From Tubulanus polymorphus (Eukaryota; Animalia; Nemertea): DNA of 64,000 nucleotides. The translations under genes were made by a program, and so were the position numbers. The DNA lies in contig NC_134029.1 in the NCBI RefSeq assembly GCF_964204645.1, positions 6,076,001 through 6,140,000 on the forward strand, given 5' to 3'. Positions 1 to 11,058 of the stretch are shown one piece after another. The notes beneath the pieces are model-generated. The model was not told where the DNA came from. It searched no databases and worked only from the letters and a program-made list of their open reading frames with translations. Numbering within the stretch: the first letter of the stretch is position 1; every line of letters begins with the position of its first letter.

Positions 1-1
1 A

Positions 2-2183
2 CAGGAAATCGTCACTCAGAAATGTGTTCAGTGCTCGACGACATTTTGCGATGGGTGTTCGTCTGCTCATAAACAAAACGAATTAACAAACACGCACGAT
101 ATCGTAAATATTGATAACGGTCTAGTTGGAAATGGCAATGCTCCATCAGAGGATATCAAATGCCCTATGCACGATGGACAAGCGTTTCATTTCTATTGTA
201 CATCTTGCGAAACGGCCATATGCGAAAGCTGTTCACAACTCGAACACCAAGAACACGCTTTTATCCCCCTGAAAGAGGCCATCGCAGAACACAAGGCGAC
301 CTTGGAGTCGCTCTTAACTAATGCAAAGGCCAAAGCTCCTGCAATAAACGCTGCTATCGCAACTGTCGATAATATCTGTAAATCATTGACGAACTCGTTC
401 AAAACTGCTGAAAACGATACCAACACGTGGTTTGATACGATGTCACAACTGCTTACGCAACGAAAAGCGATGTTGCTGGAAGACTTGAAGTCGGCGTACG
501 GTGGAAAGGTCGCCGTGTTAAAAAATCAGAAAGACGATCTGTATAAGCTCCTGAATACGATAGACAGTTGTTGCGAGCTGACTACGAACGCTTTAGAACA
601 CGGCAACGACACGGAAATTATCCTAATCAAAAAAGAAATGGCCGAAAAACTACAAATTTTGGCGACGTCGACCAACAAGAAATTCTTACCGGAGGAAAAT
701 GATATGTTAATGTTTACCGACACGGATACCGATGACGTCAAGGCCAGTATATCGACGTTCGGTCGCGTGCAGACGAACAGCGCTGTAGCTTTCCAGACGA
801 CGGCTAGCGGGGATGGGCTGAAACGTTGTTTTACAAATATACAAACGGTTATTACGGTAACAACGAAGGACCGAAACGGGACTTTAGTAGCCGACGGTAG
901 TGCGGATATCGACGCTGAACTGGTGAGTAACAATGGGGACGTTGTTCCTATAGAAATTGCCGATAATTTGAATGGTACGTATGACATAACGTTTCGTACC
1001 AAAACGGATGGGCGATACCATTTGGATGTGAAATTGTTCGGCCAACCGATACGCGCTTCGCCGTTTAGAATTAAATCTATGCCAATACCGGAGGGTTACC
1101 AAAAAGATCGGTCACCGACTAAGATCCCGCGATCTAGTAGTAGCGTAGCTAAACGAAGTTCGAAAAGGATGTCCAGTTCTGGTCGTTCGCACGGCTCGAA
1201 CCATCGCAAGAGCAACCCGATCGAAGACGACCTCATCGACCGCATCGGTACGAAAGGTCGAAACAAGGGCGAGTTTACAAATCCGCAAGGACTTTGCGCA
1301 TCCGCTGGAAGAATTCTCGTAGCCGATAGTAATAACCAAAATATACAAGTATTCTGCAATAAGGGCGATTTCAAATTTCGTTTCGGTATAAGAGGCCGAA
1401 ACGCCGGTCAGATGCAAAGGCCAACGGGCGTGTTCGTTACTATGTATGGGAACTATGTAGTAGCCGATTACGACAATCGGTGGGTGAGTATTTATAGCCC
1501 GGACGGAAAATACCTAAACAAAATCGGTCAGGGAAAGCTGCTTGGACCTAAAGGAATAACGGTAGACAGGAATGGTCATATCATTGTCGTAGACAATAAA
1601 GCTAGTTGTATTTGCGTGTTCCAATCGAATGGAAAAATGCTGCATAAATTTGGGACGCGCGGCAATGGCGAAAGTCAACTGGCCGGACCACATTACGTAG
1701 CCGTCAATTCGAACAATGATATCATAGTATCTGACTTCCATAACCACTGCATAAAGGTATTCGACAGCGAAGGGAAATTTTTATTTAGTTTCGGTTCCAA
1801 TGGCGAAGGTAACGGTCAGTTCAATGCACCGACAGGGGTCGCTGTGGATTCGCATGGAAATATACTCGTTGCTGATTGGGGGAACTCTAGGATACAGGTA
1901 TCGTAAACATTAGTCGTTAATAAAAAAATCCATTAAATTTGGGTCTTGAAGAGGACTGCGGGTAGATAAATATTTTGATTTGTGTCATTTTAAGACAAAC
2001 ACTTAAACAGAAATTGTTTTTATGTTGCAGATTTTTGACAGCTGCGGTTCATTTCTGTCGTATATAAATTCATCTGTCGACCCGTTGTACGGACCGCAGG
2101 GACTAGCCGTGACGTCAGATGGAAATGTCGTAGTCGCCGACTCCGGCAATCATTGTCTTAAAGTTTATAAATATCTGCAATGA
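2..2183 (+). CDS. TRIM2/3-like: TRIM2/TRIM3-like TRIM-NHL protein, 5'-partial: join(<2..1897,2031..2183)
   Basis: Frame is open from base 2. It encodes B-box1 ([16 protein letters not shown]), B-box2 ([29 protein letters not shown]), a coiled coil, a filamin/ABP280 repeat (TTASGDGL...GTYDITF...GQPIRASPF) and NHL repeats. Intron 1898-2030 is GT..AG, phase 0. The last exon [50 protein letters not shown] closely resembles the TRIM2/3 C-terminus. The RING domain is presumably upstream of the window. Confidence 0.95.
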
Positions 2184-3879
2184 ATTCCATCAACGGACGG
2201 GGGCTTATGCAACAATACTAGATATATTAGGGATTTTCATAAAAGACTTCATCGAAAAGAATGGAAAGGAAACGCGCGATACGTAGGAATAAGATAACGT
2301 GTGGGCTTCAATGATGTAGTGGGTGAGATGGACTTTAACGAGTGACATTTTTCTAGTCAAAAGGGCTTTCGTCTGGTCAGTACATTACGTACGTCCTTCA
2401 AATGGCTTTTGTAATGCAGATGGAACACTTATTCCACGAATAACTGATTCCATAGTTCGTTGATTAATTCATACATGCTACCTAAATCATACAACAATTT
2501 GTTATCAACTTTGTCTTTTATCTGGCTACGTCTTGACTTTGTATCCGATAGACTGCACTACCAAACATAACCGGTCGTTTCTTCTTACCCGTCGAATTAT
2601 TACGTGAAGTAGTTAAATATATATGAACAAAAGACCGTTCTATTTTTGATAAGGGAATAAAGATAGTACGCTATGAATGATAGATGTGCTTATTCAACAA
2701 GAGAAACGTTCACCGTGATTTACGCTGTATAAATGAAATCCATGTATTGATAACGATAATCACTATATATATGCCAAACTTTGCTGCTTCTTATGAAATG
2801 TTGTGATATCTGTGTCAGTACGTCCATTGAAGCTATATGATGGACTACACTTTACTTATTAATTTGTCTTACCACGGAGCTCATCCTTGGTCTTATATAT
2901 GCAAATTTGTGTGTTGTGTTTGCAGTGTGAATGGTTTATCGGACCAAAAGTTCAGGAGTCGCAGAATCGGTGTGTCAACGATCACACCACACCAGGGAAA
3001 TGATATTATCAGCTGGGTATTTCACCACTGATATGATAAGTGGGTTACATCGATTTACACAATCATTATGATGGCTGTGATACCGTTTATTGCTGCTTTA
3101 TCAAATATCTTTTGACGTTGATTAAGTAGAAATCTGATAACCCTCTTGAGCAATTCCCTACCGTATCTAAAAGGATAAAGTTCATGTATCTAAAACCATT
3201 CGCCGTTGAGGTTAAGTAACGGTGGCAGCGTTTGCGTCTTAAGATGTTTTGAACTTGATAGTTTTGTATAAGACCCACTATGTGTAGATCCAATTCAATT
3301 GAATTCAATTCAACAAAAAAACGCCGACTGCAATTCAATCTTATTCAACATACAAATCATTTAGTCAAAGGAAAAATAAATTGACCTGGAGTACAGTGTA
3401 TTCGATCCTACTATTTGACCGTCTGTGTTATTTGAAGAACTATTGTACTGTGACAATTAAAATTGAAGTGCTGTGTTTAGTGTATCTCTGCGGAAGATTT
3501 AGAATCTCTATGGAACTCTGCATCGATGTCAAATACTGTGGGTCTTTTATATACACTATATACGACAAATCTAATGATGATACGAACTTGATTGTACTCA
3601 ATTTGATAATGAACCGATATTTTCTGTGTGTATTATCGATACCGGTAAGGCTGTAGACCTAATCGGTAACTGGTTGATGGTGTATAGTCTACTTAAACAT
3701 GAATGTATGCGTGTAATTCGTTATTTCTGAATTAATGTAAAATGATTTGTAAAAGCATCCATTTCTTCCTTTCATTTGACGTCGGGGTTTTTAGGGATGA
3801 ATTCAAGATGATATATAAGAAATTACCTTTTTTTCTTAGAAAATAACTTTATTTAAGATCGGCCCGACACTTCATTTAT

Positions 3880-6800
3880 TTACAAGGAAGAATCAGATCT
3901 TCTCGGTGATCCTAAAGCCGCCATCAATGGGTTGGATTTCTTCGGCGACACGTACGCTTTCATACGCTCGTAAAACGATGGTGGAGCGTCGCCAAGGTCA
4001 AGCTGTAGTTCAGAGTTGGTGACCTGTGTATCGGCATCAGTCAGCGAAGTCGAATCAGTTTGTGTGGTCGATACTGAAGTCGAACATGGATATGTATTAC
4101 TGGATGCCTCCGACAGTGCTACGTGAATGGTTTCGGTGAATACCGTATTGACCTCAGGACCGACTTGAACCTCTTCCGAATGAACCTTTTTTATTTCAGT
4201 TTGCGATGACGTACTGACCTTACTTAAAGAGCCATTTAGTTCTGAAAAATGATGTACAATATCGCGGATAACTTCGGATCAAAACAAATGGTTTTTTTAT
4301 ACAATTCTAGGGACTTCTAATTTGTTTACCTGCCCTCTGTTTTTCCAGGAAGGCGACGATGAATCCCGTACAAACTAAGACCACAAAAAGGTCATCTAAT
4401 GCAGTCGATGCCCACGAAAAACACGTAACCATGAAAGATGATATAAGTCTGTGAAAATAATAAGTTCGCATCATGACTAATGCCACATAAATATTATATA
4501 CATGCATCTCTTTTGCCAATCTAATCCGTCCGGAGATTATGATTCGCCAAAATCGACCGTTTTAGAAATGCACGAGTCTATTTACCCGATAATTCCACAT
4601 CCAGCTTCATCATCGACGGATGACACCATTTTGCTTGCCGATACGAATAAAACAGATGTAATTGTTGGATTGTCGTGGGTTGTTAGGTGTCTGTTTCCGA
4701 GGTTATTGATATACACCAACCAAAATTGTATGATGTTATAATCTTTTCTTGTTTAATTCTTTCATATACATGAAATATGTAATTTGAAACAGCTTTAACA
4801 AGGTTCTACAACATCACACTGAAGGGTTTATGTACATCCGATATCTGATTTCAAAGAGATATTCAAAGGAATCGCCTTAAAACCATTTGGTCATAAATTT
4901 TATTTTTAAAAAAGCACGAAAATAACAATAAACATCAAATTTTTACTTTATAATACACGCACTAAAGAAATGATTCTGGTTATTTTATACCATACGCAAA
5001 TCATTGCCGTTTGGATCAACTATCTTCGATTTAGCCGATTCGAAATCGTTGCGCTGCTGCATTTTTGTAGTCCGACTTTTCACATTTACAGTTTGCAATG
5101 AATGTCCGTGTAGGATCTTAACGAGAAGCAAAAAAGTAACGCATACGACCATTGTTCCAAGCGCAACACTTCCGGTGATAAATATTTCCGAAACAAAATA
5201 CACCTTTGGATATTCCGACGTCGTACCTACATTATACACGTTGAATATCAATTAGACTTACAATCATCAAAACAAAAAGGGCTCCGGAATTTCGGTTGAC
5301 GAGTGACTGTAGTGACGGCGCACTAACCCTACTAACTATCGTCCATGCGCGAGACATCATCCAAGTTCGAATCAATGTGTAGCCTAACCTCTCTCGCCAC
5401 ATAGATGAATGTAATATAGATGCAGATTGTATTTGTATTTGAATGTGTATTGCAATTGCCTTTTAAGGTATCTTTAAGAGATTATCATAATCACTATCAT
5501 ATACGTACCGGTATTCATTGCAAGGAAATTGTATTCATTGTCGATAGCAAGGGAAAATGTACTTACTGATTGTATATCCGAGTGTTGGGATGGCTTCTGC
5601 CGCGACGGTCCATTTCCAGTCTTTGCAGTGATGTTTATAGGGTACATTGTCGACGTAACATTTTGTCACATTGAAGCGACTAGCGTCGTTTACCGGACAC
5701 TGTTGACAACGTCTGCACATAAACGCTTCGTTCTCGTAGTATCCTGAAAATGTATTCCTAAGTTGTACTTAGATCCCCGAAAGTTCTTTTTTCGATTTCC
5801 ACTCATTCAAACAAGGGGTACCGGCACTGCTACTGCGGCAATCGAGTATTCCATTTATGGCAGGCGAGGATCCGCCAGGTTCGCTAGTGGTTACTCAGTC
5901 ACCGCGCTCCAATTTCTTCTACATTTCAATGAAATTCGAATCAACTTTTCGCATTGGCAAATCATTTTTGAGTGAAACAATATCATACACTCATTGGGTA
6001 AGTCAATTTTATATCTATTTGATGGTTTGTTTAAAAAATATTTTAATTTGGGAGCCTTAAAATCCAGTTCAAAATTCATTGAAAACGAACTGATTTTCAG
6101 TACCTATAACCGAGTGCATTGTTGCGCCATCTGGTGTGTGCCGGTACCCAAAGCACTTCTGTAAAAATCATGGAATTTGAAATACTAAGAAGAGTCAATA
6201 TGCCAATTACGTTTAGATTTATATTCGTGACTTGAAATATACATTGGTAATCGCTTATCTGGCGACAGATGAGGGAAATTTTAAGGTTTTCATGCATATT
6301 AGTCAGCATGGACATCCGCATGCACTTACGCGCATATCTTTATTACGAGGGGAATCCTATGGCGACTGATAAAAGGCCATACGAATATTTCTCGACAGAA
6401 AAATAATTGCGTCATAACAGATGAATTTCCATCGAAGTGAAAATAAACCTCGTTCAAAATATATATTACACCTAAAATCATTTCGTTATGAAAAAAATCA
6501 ATATTTGCGTCAGTAAAAGTATTCCCGCAATAGAAAATAAACCGCCTTCCTTCAACATCCGGTGACTAAGATATTTTTGCAGTGTAAAAAATGATTTGGG
6601 TTTTTCCGCTGTTGCACGCGTTGCACGTTGTCGATTGCGCAGTACTATGCTGTGGTAACGGCAGGCCTACCGCAACAGCCCTAAGTATATGGACGTTTCG
6701 CATTCTAGATATCGTACTACGCGGCGCGGGGCTGACGCAATTTCAATACCCACCTCATATATACGCGTGAATCAGGGTGACCCAGGTGCGAGCTTTGGTT

Positions 6801-8342
6801 TTGGATCCCAAAATAGAAATACGTAGAAATAGATATTTTTGGGTACGACCTAGTTTAATAGCCAAGCCTTACACCTAACAGTCAAACTACCAATCCTGGA
6901 CTACCGTAGATTAATAGAAGGGCCAAAAATAACGGAAACAAGTTGCTTTAGCCGTAGGATAAAAACGAAGACATCTTTTAGTTGATATCCCGTTCACCAC
7001 TCTTCAACATAAACACTATACCGTCCCCCTAGATTTAGTGCATTCAAGCGCCGCAAATGGGGAAACCCGAAATTATTTTTACAGCTAAGAAATCTAAGAC
7101 ATACGAAAACATTTCGACGGAGATGGAATTATTTTTGAAATATATTTCGAAAGCGACTTACTTTTAAATATACCGAAATCATTTTCACTTACGAATTTGA
7201 ATGGAATTATTTATTTGTTATTGAGATTATATTCATATTCACGTAGATATTTTGAAGGCGCTTATTTTGCATAACGAAATCATTTTCGGGTACTGACATA
7301 TTTTGAATGCGATTCTGTTTTCAGAGCGGAATCATTTTCACTTTCGAAAATTTTTCGATGGAATCTATTTCTTATGAAGGAATAATTTTTACTTTACGCA
7401 TATATTTTGATGGGAATTTATTTGTTTTGAAATTGTTTTCGTCAAGAAATGTTTTATGGCCCTTATCAGCCTCCATAGAGTGCCTATGTGCATAAATTTG
7501 TTTGGTTACTAAAAATATAGCTCATATCGTTCTATTGTGGGAGAATGAAACTATTATATGAGAGTCAGATAACAACATACCAGTCGAACAGTCGCCGCAG
7601 ATGGAATTTCGAGTAACCGCGCAGTTTCGCTTGTATCGACGATTCGGGCAGAAACTGCACGGTTTGCACATTTCGTCAGTTGACCACGTGTCCGAGTAGA
7701 AGCCATCGGCGCAGCGTTCGCAATAGGTGTCCGAGAACGGGCCGCACTGTCTCCGTTTCCCGAAGCCTGGCTCGCATATGGTGCACCAGCGGCACGATAG
7801 TGTATTATTATCGTAGAACATATCATCACTAGGACAGGAGTGTTCATTGCCAAAACTACCAGAAATCTGGTCATGATAATTAGATGCATGTAGATCATTC
7901 GACTTTTTTCAAGTACGAAATAAATGAGTGCAAAGTGACTACGAATACGTTGTAAGTTAAATCACAGGGGCTCGTGTCAGAGTTGTAGGTACTGTAAAAA
8001 CGATAATCTGTTAATCTAGTGTCTTCAATGTATTGACAGACTCTGGATTAATAGATTATAGTTTTTACAGTACCTTCAACCTTGATACGAGCCCTTGTGA
8101 GTTAGATGGTTTGAAAGTGAAATAATAATGCTAAATTTAGACATTAGAAACATTGCGGCGTCCTCTTTTGACGTTCTGATGAACTACGGAGGGATTTATC
8201 TTAAATCTTGATCAGAATTGGATCGTGGGATTCGTACCAATACGTCAACATCTGAAATCTTACTTACCAAAACGCAACAGAAGATGCACAAGTCTCCCGC
8301 TATCACGACTATTCCGACCATGATTGAACGATATAAACTCAT
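3880..8342 (-). CDS. TNF receptor superfamily member (TROY/XEDAR/EDAR-like cysteine-rich domains), ~376 aa: complement(join(3880..4241,4996..5226,5567..5743,7581..7866,8268..8342))
   Basis: Signal-peptide exon MSLYRSIMVGIVVIAGDLCIFCCVL. CRDs CPSDDMFY...CRWCTICEPGFGKRRQCGPFSDTYCERCADGFYS...CKPCSFC...NCAVTRNSICGDCSTGYY...CRRCQQCP. TM segment IFITGSVALGTMVVCVTFLLLV. Ser/Thr-rich tail ends at TAA 3882-3880, followed directly by AATAAA. All four introns are GT..AG with matching phases (0,1,1,1). Confidence 0.85.
7070..7440. repeat. Degenerate AT-rich minisatellite in TNFR intron
   Basis: Recurrent GGAAT(T/C)ATTTT(C/T)ACTT...ATATTTTGA-like units at roughly 30-50 bp spacing. Confidence 0.55.
7959..8103. 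mobile_element. Fold-back / MITE-like element (~65-bp imperfect inverted arms)
   Basis: The left arm reverse-complemented (gacactagattaacagattatcgtttttacagtacctacaactctgacacgagcccctgtgattt) aligns with the right arm (gactctggattaatagattatagtttttacagtaccttcaaccttgatacgagcccttgtgagtt) across a short spacer. Confidence 0.7.
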
Positions 8343-8826
8343 GGGGAAAACCCAATATGCGTTGCACGCTATTCTTCGATTTGGAAAAATCCCAGTTTCG
8401 TTTCGTTGCTTGCATTAACCAAACGAACCTTATCATCCGAATCCTTTAAATCTTAGATTCTATTGGGTTTAAAAAAAACCATCGCCATTCATAGAAAATA
8501 TCAAATACCGTTGTTAACAAAAAACAAGTCGATTTATTTTTCTTTCATCACATGTGACTTTTTACATAGCAAATTGATACAATAAAAATCAATACATGTA
8601 TAATATATTCACATACATATTGTGTAGATTGTGTAATACTACCGGGAAGAACAAGATATTTTGAGTTAACAAATGTATATCGTATTATTAATAAAACCTC
8701 ATACCCTAAATTAGTAAATTAAAAATAAATTCTCAAACTAATCAAATCAACTAACAAACTTCGCTTAGTACGCACCACTCATTCGGCAGTCGGTTATCAT
8801 TCCAATCAGCGATTTACTGAAATTAC

Positions 8827-8893
8827 CTCACAATCTCAACTTAGTAGTTACAAACTGTCAATTGTTCAATGCTGACCTCTCTTACTTATATAC
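8827..8893 (-). promoter_or_regulatory. Putative TATA promoter and short 5'UTR exon of the TNFR gene
   Basis: The minus strand reads GTATATAAG at ~8893-8885, an initiator-like ACAGTT ~30 nt downstream, then a GAG|GTAATT donor at 8827/8826. Motif spacing only; no transcript evidence. Confidence 0.4.
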
Positions 8894-9536
8894 CAATTTT
8901 TTGAGGTGCTAGACAGAACAATGGATAATTGTGCGCAGCAACGTTCTAAAAAGTGCACTAATACGAATAAAGTGTACGCAAACACGTATATAATTCATGC
9001 ATTTTAGTTACTATCTAATTGAAAGGTTTCGTCTTTGTTTAGATACGATCATATTTTACATTCGTATTGCTCCACGCTTGAAACGCAGTGGCGACATCCG
9101 TTTACATGTTGGTGCTGACATACGCAGGCGCCATCTCGTTGACATTCGTTGCAGTTGCGAAGATCGTCCGACTAATCCGGAACGTACGCGCGACGTCGTG
9201 CCTTATATGCATCAAATAAGTCAGGAGGTTTTCTTGTGTTTTTAAGGTCAGTGTTTTTAACGTGTATTAGCTACGAGTGTTATTATTTATTATGCACACT
9301 ACAGCAGAATCCATTTGCCAATTCACTTTAAGCGTTATTCATGCAGTTTTTCAGTTCATTTTTCTGAAATGAAACGGATTGAGTGAATACAACCACCGGC
9401 CACGTGACTAAAGCAACAACATGATCCATCGCAAAATGCAACACGGAAAATATTATGTATCATATCATGTGCGATTGATTCTAGTTTAATTTGGAAATAA
9501 GGTGACAAATTCAAAGGACTAGGTGATGTTTTGCCG

Positions 9537-9842
9537 CCTCCTCGTTTGCCAGGGTTTGATTGCCTCTAACACAAACTCTGGCCGCGAACTCTTCGTTAAT
9601 TGCCCAAGATTTCTTAGGACAGGTTGCCGCTCAGCGGTCACCAGTCTATATATTTAGCCACAAAGATGCGTTGTTTTTCACCGGCAGATTCTTTCCATCA
9701 ATACCACGCATCCGATTGGCTAGATTTATCGACTGACGGTCGATGAGCGGCAAGCAATCTTGGGCGGTGTAATAGACCAATGAAGGGGCTGCAGCACAGG
9801 GTTGTGCTGGTGGTGGCAATCAAACCCTAGCAAACGAAGGTG
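9537..9842. mobile_element. Non-autonomous DNA transposon (MITE), 28-bp TIRs, 10-bp TSD; Mutator/MULE-like
   Basis: Left TIR cctcctcgtttgccagggtttgattgcc vs right TIR reverse complement caccttcgtttgctagggtttgattgcc (24/28 identical). Identical flanking direct repeat TGTTTTGCCG at 9527-9536 and 9843-9852. The superfamily is inferred from TSD length only. Confidence 0.85.
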
Positions 9843-11058
9843 TGTTTTGCCGGCAATTCATATTCGATATTTGAGTGAGCTTGATCTCAATCGGATAGAA
9901 TGTGTGTCTTTAAAGTAAATAGACTGGAAAGTTATAGTTGGAGGTGCCATTCATCATGCATTAAATGCCATAATTAAACCATCAAAAATATTGTGCATTC
10001 CCTTGGAGAAAATATAAAACTCTTATGTAGTCCTTTTATTTACCTGAACAAAAAGTCAAGTAAATACCTTCGATTAATTGCAAACTCTCTCAAATCAATG
10101 TATTCAGTAAAGTAATACTATTTAAAATGTCCGTCTGAAAAATCTACATACGTCATAGAAGCATAGCGGTGTGTTCTCCTCTTCTGCCCGAACAGTTTTA
10201 TGTGCTACTATGATGTCCTTATAAATGAAAAATTCAGAAACACAACAACATGAAAAATATGAAAAGAAAACAAATTTAAGAAAAGTTAACCATTCAAAGA
10301 GGTGTAATGATTACGAGAATTACATATAACCAGCAAACATAGCAAGCGCCCATACATGCCGCAATATCATGATTTATCATGCTTATGCTTTTCAAGAAGG
10401 AAAAAAATACTCCAAGAAATCCCGTATAGAAACATCGTATTTATTTCTGACTAGAATAACAAAAATAGGTTTTAAACATTTCAAAATGAGATTTGATTCA
10501 TTCCGAAATTCCGTATACAGAATTACAAGAACAATGATAATAATTGAACTCAGGGCGCGCGCACACTTTCCTGTCTTTTCCGCCTGTGTCCTATACGCTG
10601 AAAATCTGGGCCACGAACTGGCCTTGTATTTTCAATCATATTTCAGCAGCCCGGTTTAGTCAGCGGCTATTTTTCTGAATTATAACCTCAGTAATCACGC
10701 TATAACTGGGAAAGTGCACGGCGGCTTTATCTTCTAAAACGTTTCACGCTTCGTGCCATCAGTAATGTGATAGGGTATTTACTCAAACTTGGTTCATTTA
10801 AATGCTATACTAGAAATGCTACGTACCCAGACTCAAACTGTGATGCGACATACAAAATAGGTACACCAAAAAACTACCCGCATTGCCCGAAAATATCTAA
10901 TATAAATATGTGGCCCCCGACACGTATTTTGAGTTCTTGGAGTATAATCAGCAATTAGTGACGACAATATCTAAAAGTTCAAAAACCACTTCGTTGTAAA
11001 TAAACAAGCACCATTTACGAATAGAAAGCATGAGGCTATTAGCATTTTAGCGGACTAA

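Noticed and set aside
193-1747. Several minus-strand ORFs over the TRIM exon
   Set aside because: Antisense shadows of a well-conserved coding exon, with no recognisable domains.
1898-2030. U12-type intron (donor begins GTATC)
   Set aside because: The donor is GTATCGTA rather than GTATCCTT, and no TCCTTAAC branch site is present.
4490-4690. Possible extra or alternative TNFR exon after the acceptor-like aaacag at ~4691
   Set aside because: All three frames stop soon (the phase-1 frame immediately). Direct splicing of 4996 to 4241 gives a clean long frame. A short alternative C-terminus is not excluded.
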